A stretch of 64,000 nt of DNA, from NCBI RefSeq assembly GCF_009914755.1, contig NC_060946.1, one strand, 5' to 3'. This document shows positions 17,107-42,972 of the stretch, one piece after another. Each line of letters begins with the position of its first letter. Position 1 is the stretch's first letter. Under the pieces are notes generated by a model that was not told the origin of the DNA, ran no database searches, and saw nothing but the letters and a program-made list of their open reading frames with translations. Made by a program: the position numbers and the translations under genes. The DNA comes from the human T2T-CHM13v2.0 reference genome, Homo sapiens.

Positions 17107-17761
17107 CTGTGGGGAAAAATTACATCACACAGTTTATATTCACATCTGTGAGTCCTCACGTAAAAGGCAAATCATCCATTCTTTTAAAATGAGTTCCTGT
17201 AACACCTTCAGGCGGATTTCCTAGATAAAATTCCCTCTTCAATTCTACATCGCTCTTATGGGACGGGATCAAGCTGACCTCAGGGAACGTGAACATGAAC
17301 CTCTCTCGGGCCACAGTCTGCGCGATGACATGCAGCGTTCCTGGTATTTAATTGCCGGCAAATAATAATTTCTTTGAAAGAGATTACGTCTCTTTTATAA
17401 TTTTTCCTTATTATACAAGTTACTTCCAAAATTGTACACTATACCAAAGTGTAGTAAGAAGATGTTAGTGCAGTCTCTATACCTGATGTAAACTTCTATT
17501 GAAAGTCCCCCCACCCCACAACAGGCCCCGGTGTGTGATGTGAGATTATTTCTAAGACTTATTAATCCTTTGTGTCTCCTCTTTTGAGAATTTTCTGTCC
17601 AGAATCGTTGCCCTTTTATCTTCCTAGTGTTTTTCTTGATTGCCTTCTATGCTGAGAATTGGCTGGAAAATACTAAGTTATTTATTTTGTATTCTTCCCA
17701 TTCTGGTATGTAAAAAAAAGTTCTATTTTGTTTAAAATAATCTTACAGGATAAAAATCTTG

Positions 17762-18105
<344 letters not shown>

Positions 18106-18124
18106 TTAACATAGAATTTGTTAC

Positions 18125-18250
18125 CGATGATGTCAGTGGTGATGGAGGCTAAGGTGAACAGTGGTGCCACTTTTCTTTCATATATCCGCTTGCCTTGTCC
18201 TTTTCCTCCAAACGGGTTGATAAATACCAGTAAATGCTTTGGTCTGGACG
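18125..18250 (-). CDS. CERK: CERK exon 4 (126 nt, phase 1-1; NPFGG motif)
   Basis: Acceptor cttacag|CG, donor ATCG|GTAACA; encodes (T)SRPKHLLVFINPFGGKGQGKRIYERKVAPLFTLASITTDII. Confidence 0.97.
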
Positions 18251-18533
18251 CTGTAAGACAACAACATGTAAATAACAACGAAAATAACAAAATCAAAACG
18301 AAGAGCTCTGTTACTGGACAAAATCAAACCATGAGGGTTTTAGAATTCTGCTTAGTATTACCTGATGGAAAGTATTTTTAAATCTTAAAGAACAATGACA
18401 AAGAGCTTCCTGATCTATGAAAAGAGAAAATCAACAGGTTGTCCAACTGGGCAAAGGCTATACACACATGTCGGACATCATGAAACTCCCACGAACTCAG
18501 AATTCCGACTGAGAAGGGCTCTCTCTGCTCTGA

Positions 18534-19517
<984 letters not shown>

Positions 19518-19799
19518 TCATCACAGCATTCTTCACCACAGCCAAGCAGTGGGAACAGCCTGAACGCCCATCACCTGAAGAAGAGATCGAGACGCAGTCC
19601 ACACATCAACGGAGCATCCTTCAGTCATGAAATAAGCAAACTACCGGGCGCGACCAACATGAATCAATGTGAAAACAGTACGCAGAGAGACTGGAGGCTT
19701 CCACCCAGGAGCACACGTAAAACTTCTGGGGTGACAGAAGCCTTGATGGGTTTGAGTTACAAAGGTATGTGTGTTTCAGAAGTCATTGATTGAAACTTA

Positions 19800-23770
<3,971 letters not shown>

Positions 23771-23774
23771 AAAC

Positions 23775-25893
<2,119 letters not shown>

Positions 25894-26042
25894 TCATGAG
25901 AAATTAAGTCAGCCTGACTCATCATGTCCACCTGGGGTATGGCCAGCTGCACGAAACGGGGAGACACTTCAGGAAGATCACCCAATCAGGCATGCGCATG
26001 CCACCACGGCCATCCTGTCTCTCAGTCCAAACACACACGTAC

Positions 26043-26165
26043 TCAGCTTCTCCAGCATCTCCCGCAGGGTCTGCAGCCACAAGTGACACAGCTGCTCCTC
26101 TGGACACCAGAAAGTCACCTGCGCCCACTTCCAGCGGTGCCGTCGTGCTCTCTTTACACAGTGAA
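26043..26165 (-). CDS. CERK: CERK exon 3 (123 nt, phase 1-1, end of PH domain)
   Basis: Acceptor ctgtgcag|TT, donor CTGA|GTACGT; encodes (V)HCVKRARRHRWKWAQVTFWCPEEQLCHLWLQTLREMLEKL. Not in the ORF track; translated by hand. Confidence 0.96.
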
Positions 26166-26370
26166 CTGCACAGAAGCAAGCATGCTCGTTAGTGCAAAGT
26201 TTGCAGGGTCACTGACAAAACCTCAAGTGAATATGCACCAAATGCAGCTAATTATAGGTTCCTAACCAAAATTTCCCAGGGGTTCTCCTCCCTTCTAATT
26301 AGTAACTTTCAAGGTATATTAGAAAAAAACATCCGATCTTTCAAACCTTTTAAGTCATATAAGGGAAAAG

Positions 26371-27427
<1,057 letters not shown>

Positions 27428-28512
27428 TAAACTCACAAATAAATAACTGTGGGCAGCTCAATGTTACCAGACGGCGGGATGTTTTATTCAGCCGAGTCAC
27501 CAAATGGAGGCTGTGATTTTTCACACGATTTGCTCACCCATTCAAGCAGCAAATGCGGACCATTCCGGGCCAGCTACCATGTGAAATTTGGGGAAACATG
27601 CTCGAGACATGGCCTCTGTCTGCAGGACAGTGCCTGGTTCAGAAATCCAAGTGGGAGGGAGACACGTGACAGGACCCGGGACAGCTGGAACCACGGAGCT
27701 TGCAAGTGAGGCAGAGCCCAAGTGTGGCGCGAACTGGAGTGCAGGGGGAGGAGACAGGGGAGACTTCCAGGGGCCCAGGGGATGACAGCACCGGACATGC
27801 TCCACCCTGGGAACCAGCAAGGACCCATTCCACCCGAGCCACCTGGGGCGTGTTCATCTGCTGGGCAGCTGTAATTACAGGCTTGCACATCAAAGAAAGT
27901 TCTGGGCTGGCAGCAGAGCTGTGGGAGGTGACGGGTAACTGAAGTCCAAGGCCTGAAAGAACTTGCCCAGGAGAGCATGGGATTGAAGACAGCAAAGCCA
28001 AGTTTGAGGAAGGTGGCTTCCAAAAGCTTATTCTGGAATTACTGTTAGGCATGTATGATATATCCTTACACAGAAGAATGTTATAATTTGTGGTTAGCTT
28101 CCTAGGTTGGCTATAAAACCTGCAATATAGCTAAAATACCGTATTTTTGCCGTAGCTAAATGCAAAAAAAATTGCTATAACATTTGTGGTAATTTTGCAT
28201 CATTTTTAAAGTTGTGGCCCATGGAAATCAAGTTCTAGGAACCTGGGAGGGTAGTGTCTGAACTGGGCCTTTGAGCACTGTAGAAACCTTTGAAAGGCCA
28301 GTAGTGGGGCCTCCTGATTCCCTCTGAAGTGAAGCCAGCCCCAGGGGAGCAGACTTGATGGGGAGGGGGTGGGTTACAGAGGATGAAGTCTGGCTGGAGA
28401 GCAGAGGTCTCAGGAGGTGTCTGTGTGCATCCTCCTCCTGGGTATAGGATGTGGGGTCCAGAGTGACTCTCAGGGTCCCCACCCTCCGGTGTGCCCCACC
28501 TGGGCCTCCCAT

Positions 28513-28730
28513 CTTTTTTTTTTTTTTTTTTTTGAGATGCAGTTTTGCTCCTGCTGCCCAGACTGGAGGGCAATAGCTCCATCTCGGCTCACCGCAACCT
28601 CCACCTCCCGGTTCAAGCGATTCTCCCTCCTCAGCCTCCCAAGTAGCTGAGATTACAGGTTCCCACCACCAGGTCCAGCTGATTTTTGTATTTTTAGTAG
28701 AGACAGGGTTTTGCCATGTTAGCCAGGCTG
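28513..28730 (-). mobile_element. 5'-truncated Alu
   Basis: Poly-T followed by reverse right arm and linker. Confidence 0.88.
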
Positions 28731-29266
28731 CAGGCCGTGCCGTGCCAGGGGTGCCAGCACAAGACCAGGCAGTCCACGTGCGTCCTGCCAGAAGGAGCGA
28801 CACAGGTGCTGGGGCAGGGAGGTGGTGGGGACAGCCTCACTGTCAGGGTCAGGGTTCAGAGGATTCCCCGTGGGTGGAGGAAGGCGACGTAGGGGCAGGA
28901 GCTGGGGAGAGGCAGAGGCCGCTGGGAAGGAAAGGGCGAGCGGCTGCGAGAGGGTGGCCACTCTGGGTGGAGGGATAAGGATCCCACTTGGGTATGACTC
29001 TGAATAGCTACAAGTGTTCGGGACAGGGCAAGAGACTGAACAGGACCAAGGACGCCCTGGGGTGAATCCAGGCACCTTCTGCCACACTGGACCTGCAGCA
29101 AGGTGTACCTGCTCCTCTGGCAAGAGAAAAAGACAAAGATGCCAGCAGGGTCATTAGTTTACACACGTTCCTTTTACACACAGATTAATAAATGGAATTA
29201 TTGTCTCTAAAAAGGGACAGAAAAGTTAATAGAGGAACAAAATTCAATATTGTCTGCACAGCTTTA

Positions 29267-30392
<1,126 letters not shown>

Positions 30393-30698
30393 CACTGGGT
30401 GCGGCTCAGGACAAGGGCTTCCTTGCTGACTCAGGAGACCTGGAGTGGTGCGGCCATGGTGGGAACACATTCCCCAGGTGGCAATGAGTGGCTGGACTTG
30501 GCGTGGCTTTGGCCTGTATCTGGCTGCAGTCTTACTGTGGGTAAGCCGCTAAGCCTGGAGCATGGTGTAAAGGGGGTGGAGCGATGAACCCCATAGGGGA
30601 TTAGAAACTGGAATAAGATAAAGGGTGAAAAAGTTTCAAGCACAAAAATGTCCGATAAATGATGGCTTCCTTTCTTGCCAAAAAGGCTGGGCTCAGCA

Positions 30699-30995
30699 GG
30701 GCGGGGTGGCTCACACCTGTAATCCCTGCACTTTGGGAGGCTAAGGTGGGCGGATCACGAGGTCAGGAGATCGAGACCACCCTGGCTAACATGGTGAAAC
30801 CCCGACTCTACTAAAAATACACAAAAAATTAGCCGGGTGTGGTGGCGGGCACCTGTAGCCCCAGCTACTCAGGAGGCTGAGGCAGGAGAATGGCATGAAC
30901 CAGGGAGGCGGGGCTTGCAGTGAGCCAAGATTGCGCCACTGCACTCCAGCCTGGGCGAAAGACAGCAAAACTCCATCTCAAAAAAAAAAGAAAAA
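30699..30995 (+). mobile_element. AluY-like
   Basis: Alu consensus; TSD aaggctgggctca. Confidence 0.92.
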
Positions 30996-33225
30996 GAAGG
31001 CTGGGCTCAAGATGGAGGCTCTGCCTCCTTCCTCCTTCAGGCCATTGTCCCTGTGTTAAGCTGAGGACTCCACAGTGAGAGAACTCCACAGTGAGACGCC
31101 TCCAGCCTAGCAGCACTTACCCCTTCTCCTGCTCTCCTCACCTCGGTGTGTCATAGGCATTACGCCCTAGTCTTCGATACTCTCATTTCTAATTAGGAGA
31201 TAAAGAACCGGGCCAAGAATCTGAGCAAACGGAGAGCAGCTCCCTGCGGGGGCTCAGGAAACACTTGCCAGCGTCCACCGGTTGGAGAGCTGGCGCCTGC
31301 TCATCTGAGGGCAGGTCATGTGGACGGCAGTGGGACCACCGAGGGCTGGCACACAGAAGAATGCGGACGGTCCTCTAGAAGCAGAAGGAACTGCCCTCTG
31401 AGGGTTAGTCTCAAATTGCCGGCACCAAGCAGCATCCCCGCACAGCACGTGGTGTGTGGACATGCCACAGCATCCGCGGGAGAAAACACACCTGACCCAG
31501 GTGGACAGATGCTGTGGGAACATCTTGCAAAGGGCGGAAGGTGGGAATTGGGGGCACTTTCATATTCTTTTGCTGACAGAGATAAATTCTCGTGACAGAA
31601 TTCTCGTGAGACACCACAGTGACTCGTATTGACATGCAGTGAGCTCTTCAATAGAGGTAATGATCAAATGGCCATCACATTCCAGAAAAATCAAATGCCA
31701 TGTCAGCGAGTGAGGCTGGCCTCCTGGTTCTCGTGCGGCTCACGCGTTTGCTGACTCCCTCTCTGCAGACCACTGCAGCATTTGCCACAGTCTGGGTAAT
31801 GCCTGCTAGGGGCAGCTGAGAGCACGCTGACTTCCAGCTGCTTCTTTTTCCATTCTGTTCTCTGTGCTTTTTAGTGCTTGTTGTGATCCACTAGAATTAA
31901 ATTTATTTCATGCTTGTGACTTACAGATGAAAACAGTGCCTGCTGTCAATCAGCTTTGATACTAGAAGTTCCCGGATTAAACTGAGCCACGCGCAGTGGC
32001 CTCCCATCCAGCAGGAGGGCCCACGGGTTTCCCGTGTGTCACGGGGCACTGAGTGTCTGCCAGTGACATGGGTGCACGTGTGTGGGCACGCTCATGGCAG
32101 GGCAGGGTCAAGGTGGCAGAACATGCCGCTCCAGACCTCACGCAGCCGTCGGGAGGCCCCAGATGTCTTTCGCCTCTTGGGCATATGCAACGAGAACAAG
32201 AGCGAGTTCCCAGCTAAGAGCACAGGGGAGCACAGCGGTCCCTGGGACTCTCCCTAATGCAAGCTGCCACGTGAGGACCGGCAGAGGGAACAGGGTGAGA
32301 GAGCAGGCCGCTGCCCACTGCGCCCACTGGAGCAGTGCCAAGTACAGTGTGGAAGTCTGTGGATCACACCCACACACACTGCAGGGGATGCTGAGGCCCA
32401 GAAGTGGCACGGGCCACACTGACCTCCACATGCCCGGCCCGCTTAGAGTCCAAGCAGTAAGGGTCACCCCAGAGGAAGAACACCCAAGAGATCCGAGTGG
32501 CTGGGAGGCCTGATTCCCCCTGCAATGACATGCAATGCAAACGCATTTCCCTGGCAACCCGCCGCTCAGTAAACATGAGCTGTGTGAACATCTGATCTTC
32601 ATTAAAAATTAAAGGTGAGTGCTTGCCTATGCCAAGGAAGACCAAAAACCAGCCCTGCCCACCACTGCCAGGGAGAGTCCAGAAATCTCACGTGCAGGAA
32701 ACTCAGAGATGGTCAAACTGTCCCCCGCCCCTCCCCACCCACCACGTCCACCCTGACACAGCCCTTGATGGGTCTGATACACAGATGGAAGGTGGGGGAA
32801 GCCAGAACCCACGTGACGCGCACAGGTCAGCCCTGAGCTGCGACTTATCCAGACGCGACTGCGTGTCCCCAGCCCTTGCCTCCGCTGCGGCTGCTGCTGT
32901 CATACAGGGATGCGCCCAAGTTTCGTCTTTTATGGGAAACCTTCTGATTGTAAAACATTAGCTACAATTTTAAAAGGAAGAGAAAAACTCACCATGCAAA
33001 TCTAACAAAGAAAAAAATCTGTGGCCAAATTTAGCCCAAAGACCTCTGCTCTGCAACCCAGTGAGGCTGAGCCGTGGTTTTTCTGACCGCACGGATGATG
33101 AAGAAAATCTCACAGCAAGCCCCCAGAGTTCATGATGCTGGGATAAGGTACCTGCCAATCATAACTTACTGCTATTTCATGCCATAAAATGTGACCTTTG
33201 ACCCTTGTCAGCACACCATTAGTAG

Positions 33226-33558
<333 letters not shown>

Positions 33559-35039
33559 TAGTTCTAGGGACACATCTCAAGTAAACAGTGTCCATTCCCT
33601 GTGGAACCCACCCCAGAAATCCTTCCTCGTCCTAACGTCCCGATACCAGCCTAAGGGTGCTGTGGTCCGCGTGCCCCACTCTCAGGCAGGGGCCTGGTCA
33701 GCATCCCGCAGGACCACCCGGTGACCACCCAAGGTCCATGGGCTTCTGAACATCCTGCACATGCCGCCCCAACACTCCCCTGGCCCAGCCACCCCCCCGG
33801 CCCTGCCACCCCCGCGGCTCCTTAGCATGGATGCTCCCTTAGCATGCACAGGAGGCCTGGACCTGAGGATGCCAAATCATTCCTCTCAGGAAACAGGGCT
33901 GTGGCATGTGGACGGGCATGTCACCTGCACAGCCCACGTGGCAGCCAACACACAGGACTTTGCTTTTCCTGTTAAGCCAGGAGGTTCTGGAGGGCAGGGT
34001 GGAATTACACACCTGCGCAGCCCCTGTGTGTGGGTTCAGGAAATGAATCAGACTAATCCTAGACCTGCTTAGATGACACCCGCAGAACTGAAGTCCATAC
34101 CAGCTGGCATCTCAACACAGAACACCCGCCGTCCCCACTCCATGCTGTCAGGTCGCGGGAAACCTGCATCAGCCTCCCGTCCTAGGGATGAGACGGGGTG
34201 TCCAAGGGCTCCAGGGACCGTACGGTGCCTCAGGGAACTTTGTCATGGGAACTGGACTGATTTTGCTCCAGGAACCCCGCTCTTCCCCCCGTGCACCCTG
34301 CTATGAAAGGCCACGGGGGCTACTTAAACAAATCCCAGAGTCCCTGCCTTTGAAGAGGGAGCTCACCCCAGATTCTGGAGCAGCCTCGCTCTGAGTCCCC
34401 ACTCCCCAACCTGTGAGCTCAGCTCTAAGTCCCACATCTCCACCTCTGAGAAGATAACAAGGGGCGTCTCAGAGGGCTATGAGGATCCCATTGGGTGTGA
34501 AGCCCGCAGCACTGCAGGGCACAGTACACGCTGGCCTAAATGGAAAGCAGCATTCAGACATCTAGTTCTGGCCAGAATGAACCAAGCCCGACCGCCTGTC
34601 TCTCCCACCCGCTATGACTGATAGCTCTGGACAAGATACAAGAAACAGGCAGTGAACCGGGGACACCAGAGATCCACAGCAGCAGGCCCGCTGGCTGGAG
34701 AGGCCAGCGTGCAGAGTCAGCAGCTGGGAGCTGGGTTTATCTCCAGCTCTGGCCTCGGGGACGTCTGAGCTATGGGGCAGCAGGGTGGGTGCAGGCCCCT
34801 GTCCCAGAGAAGCCAGGGTGTGCTGAGGGCAGAGGGGTGCTCAGAGGAGAGGGGGCTGGAGCAGGAATACTTGGCTCTGAGAATGACCCGATGAGTCCAG
34901 CCTCACTCCTGAGGGGCCAAAACAGGGCAGCCAGGGCCTCGGAGGCTGGACAGCCAGGGCCCACCTCCCTCGCCACATGAGACAGACCTGCCATCTGTAC
35001 CCAGCCAGGCTGAGCACCTGCTTTTGAAAAAGAAAAATT

Positions 35040-37500
<2,461 letters not shown>

Positions 37501-38058
37501 AAACGCTGCCCAGTCTTGGAACATACTGCAAAATAACCAGTGCTAGGTGAGTCTGGGAAGGAGGGCTGGGCCTTGGTGAGGCTGAGGATAGAGGAAAACA
37601 TGTCAGGCAGGGAGGGCAGAGGGCACCTGGGGAGGCACAGGGCATGCGGGAGATAATGACGGCTGGGCTGGTGAGCACGTGTGCCCCGGGAGCAGGTGGG
37701 GGCAGGGCCAGATCGGGGGAGGTCAGGAATGCAAGCCAGGCCACAGGCACGCATGGGCGAGCAGTGCCTGGAAGAACTTTGTAGCAGGGCAGGGTGTCTA
37801 AACATCAATGGGGCACACAGGCTGGCTGTCAGGACGGGCCAACGGCACTGGAGAAGGGATTAGTGACCCTCAGGGTGCTCTCTAAACTTCCAATCCCCAT
37901 CATCCAGGGTTCAGCCGCCGGGGTGCTCCCTAAAGAAATTCAAAAGGCAGCAGGAGGGGTCGGGAGGGGAAGACCGGGGCCAGCTGGAGGCAGAAGTCAT
38001 CTGACCCAGTCTGTGGCAAAAAGGGGACCAAGGTCAGCGAGAAAGGAGAGAACAGGTA

Positions 38059-38131
38059 TGGGATCCGGACAGCCGAATCGAGAACCCAGCAGACGTGTGG
38101 GATCCGGACAGCCGAATCGAGAACCCAGCAG
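38059..38131. repeat. Tandem duplication, 39-bp period, 34-bp identical core
   Basis: tgggatccggacagccgaatcgagaacccagcag at 38059 and 38098. Confidence 0.95.
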
Positions 38132-38888
38132 GCGGTGAGGGTGGGCCACTGGCCTAGGAGAGAGGCCGAGTAGCTGGAGCTTGTATGCGGGTGACAGGCT
38201 GGCTGTCTCCAGGACAGAGGAGAACTCGTGCCTGGAAGTCCACGCTGGGCTAATCGCTGAAGCCATTAAGTTGAGATGCATCCTGGACCAGCTACAGGTT
38301 CCTGAGATAACCCTCAAAAGGCAGGACTCAGCTGCATTTCTCATAGAAAACGCTGTTATGCAAAAATCTAGACTGTTAGAGAAGAAAAATAAATTGGGTG
38401 GGGGGGACGGGAAGTAAAACACATTAGGAGTTTCTTAAACACACAGAAAGTGTATCTTCTCGAGTATGAAAGTTTCTTAAATACTGGTGGTTTAATTTCT
38501 CTGGGATAGATAATCAAAAATGGAATTGTTGGGTCAAAGGATATCACTTTTTTTTTTTTTTTTTACAGTTTGAAAACACTGCCAGATTACTTTCCAAAAA
38601 CACCCTAGCAGTTCCCACTTCCCATTCACCGGGTCTGCCAGCCCAGAAGCGTCCTGAAACTTCCCCAGCACAGAGCTGTGCTTTCGCCCTTCCCCATCCC
38701 TTGCTGGTTGAGAGCAGCATCTCATCATTGCCTTGGGTCAGTATCTACTCAGACGCTCAGCATCCACTTCCGAATGTTTTCTTCCGTGAATCGCCTACTT
38801 ATATCCATTGCCATTTGTCTAATGGATTGTCTGCCTTTTTTCCTATCAATTTTTATGTAAGTTTAAAATGTTCAAAAAATGTTAACCT

Positions 38889-40000
<1,112 letters not shown>

Positions 40001-40017
40001 AATAAAATATGTTATAT

Positions 40018-40048
<31 letters not shown>

Positions 40049-40280
40049 CATTTTCCTATAATCCAGCTTTCTACTCTTAAATATGCACCCAAGAGGAGCA
40101 AAAGCATAGCCCCTAAAGGGTCAGGGTGTCTTTATCCACAAAGTCAAGGTGAATGGACTGCAAACTGTCCAGAAGCCCATCAGCAGGTGAACGGATACAC
40201 TAGTGCACCCACACAATGCAATATGACTTAGTAACCAGAAAGAAGGAACTGCTGACATGATGAATCTTAAAAAAAACAAA

Positions 40281-40443
40281 ATGAGATAAAGCAGCCGGGC
40301 ACAAAGACGTGCACATGGCATGATTCCATTTACATGAGATAAAGCAGCCGGGCACAAAGACGTGCACATGGCATGATTCCATTTACATGAGATAAAGCAG
40401 CCGGGCACAAAGACGTGCACATGGCATGATTCCATTTACATGA
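40281..40443. repeat. Perfect 53-bp x3 tandem repeat inside an old L1M 3' end
   Basis: Unit atgagataaagcagccgggcacaaagacgtgcacatggcatgattccatttac at 40281, 40334 and 40387. Confidence 0.97.
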
Positions 40444-41036
40444 AACTCTATTAGCATCGTGCCTGTCCCTGGTGAGAAAACAGCCCAGGGCCCAGGAGAA
40501 GGTGCTGGGCTGCTGCGATCCGGGTGATGTTTACACAGGTGCACACAATTATCAAAATTTAACCAACTATGTGCCTTAAAATGTCTGAGTTTTATTGCAT
40601 GCAATTTAGACCTTGATAAAATCGATTTTTAAAAATCATGTCTTAGGAGAGGAATTAGTAGCGTGGAAAACACTCTGCAGTATGTTTTCTCAGCTTTTCT
40701 TTCATGCATATTTGCATATACACAAATACCAAATATTAATCACGTCTAAGTCGAAGAGTGACTTTTTGTGTATGCTTTTCTGTGTTTTCTCGATATTATT
40801 AAATCAACATGACTTACTTTTGTAAGCAGGAAAAACATTTTTTTTAAGTATCTGTGGCATGCCTATGTTTTGCCAGGCACTTTGCAGGGTGTGCTGAGGA
40901 CACGCTTTATAAACACAGTACTGACCTGCCCAACGAGTTCACCACCAGCCTGGGACATCCCAAGTGGGGTTGGTGGAAGGAAGGGGAGGATCCTCCCACA
41001 AAGGTAGAGCCTGGGCAGTAGTCCCCTCACCCCCCA

Positions 41037-41062
41037 ACACACACACACACACACACACACAC
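41037..41062. repeat. (AC)13 microsatellite
   Basis: Directly visible. Confidence 0.93.
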
Positions 41063-42972
41063 TCTTCCCATTCCCAACTCTAAAGGAATAAATGCAGGGT
41101 TTGTCTAAGTGTGTTTTGCGACAGTCAGGGGAAATAACCCAGATATCAACTCAGTGTTTCCAGTTCAACGAGCATGACCCACTTCAAGTTCCTGTTTTCG
41201 TCCTGCCCTACTTCCCACCAGGCTGGCGGCCCAGGGCACTTGCTGTCGCGGCTTCCTCAGGTGCAGACCTCACCCAGGCCCAGGAAGCTGCAGCGATCCA
41301 AATTGCTAGTCCTTGTCTGTGCTCTTGTACAGTCAGTCACTGTCCCAGCATGATGACCCACTGACGAAAGTGCACGTGCCTGGGTTCAAAGCCAGCTCCC
41401 TCTGTACATCACTGCCTCTGGGCCCAGTCAATTCCCACTCCTACTGTCCACATCTGAAATACGGGTGATGCTACGGAGAAAACAAAGGAGTCGGAATAAC
41501 TAAGCGGCCACCCCAGCAGGGCACACACAGTGGCCTTGGCTTTGTCTTTAGCCCATTGGTCACCTGGAGCTCCAGGGCTGCTCCTGCCTCATCTCACAGG
41601 TCCTCCTAGGGCCAGTTTTTGCACAATTCTCCACCTCTCATCATTCCTCAACCTAATCAATCCCAGTGTGCCCAGATACACCTGGGGGAATGGGGAGGGC
41701 TGGGCAATGCCACCTTGCTGACCAAATTAAATGTCCTGTGAGCTGGTTCACATTCTTCTGCCCTACTATGGCCCTACTGACCTCAAGCATAGAAGAATCG
41801 AACCTGGGCCTGATTCCTTTTGGGGACTGTAAAGCTATGAGAAAAAAACTAGAGACAGTGTGGCTGTATTCCTGAACTCATTCACAACTTAGCGTTTCCC
41901 AACTTGTTGATGTTTTCCCATTGCATGGGAGAGCACTCCTGGGTGGAGAGGGCAGGCTGCTTCCTGGAGGAAGCCCACCAGCCAGGGCCACCAGCCAGGG
42001 CCCCACCATCCATGGCCCCACAAACCAGGGCCCTCCCTCTCCAAGAGGGACCAAGCTCCTGGCAGGCCAGTCAGGCAGCTCAGGATGAACCCGCACAAAA
42101 GCACCTTGGCTTAGAAAGAGTGAAGCAATTAGCATGCCAAGAGGCAAACCCCAGCAGGCTGGACAAAAGCAGACGCCACACCACACCAAGCCCTGACCTG
42201 GGGGACCAGAAACCATAATGGGAGCTGGCTGGGGACGCCAAGGCAGAAAGCAGTGATGACTGACCTCCCACACAGATGCCCTGTAAGGGTCTGGCGTCTC
42301 TGCGGCGGCTGGAGCCTGAGGGAAGCCTTACAGCCCAGTGGCTACAAGCACAGCAGCTAATTGGGCCAGTCACTTCCAGCCCCTGCAGATCGGCCCCTGC
42401 ATCCCTAGGACGGGAGCAGCTGCCTCTCAGGAACCCATCCGGTTTGAAGCCCAGTGGCCCGCACTTAGGAAGTGCTTGGGGGAGGCAGTCATCTTCCTGA
42501 AGCCTAGGGATTTACAACAAAGTACAAACCCTTCGGGCCCAGGTCAGGCACCTGTTCTCCTTGTGTGTGGGCCCTGGTGGGTGATATTTGGGGTGTGACA
42601 TTTCTACCAAAGGGGACATGAGAAATACCTTAGGAAAGTCAAGTCTCAGATGCCCAGCCACAGATAGGTGACCCCAGGGCTGGAAACCAAGTGTTGGTCA
42701 TGGGTCTGAGACCACCCCTCGACCTTGGCCCCACCTAACGTTCAACTCTGTCCCCACCAGAACCCAACCCACAGATCCTCACCACTCAGCACCAGAAAGC
42801 GCCCAGAAGAACTCCTGACCTCGACTGCCCACAGGGTCTAAAGGTGTCATCCCAGGCTCCGAATATCCACCAGCGAATCTTGGCCTCCGCCACACCCACC
42901 CCATTCCAGCTCCGCACATCCAGCATGAATCCTGGCCTCTGCCACACCCACCCCAATAATTAAAAAGAAAAA

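Noticed and set aside
40281-40443. Identical repeats suggesting a CRISPR array (also 61801-61993 and 55919-56153)
   Set aside because: Head-to-tail tandem units with no unique spacers, no cas genes, eukaryotic context.
42785-42803. RE1/REST-like ctcagcacc-agaaagcgcc
   Set aside because: Lacks the 2-nt spacer and the GGACAG core; too weak to call.
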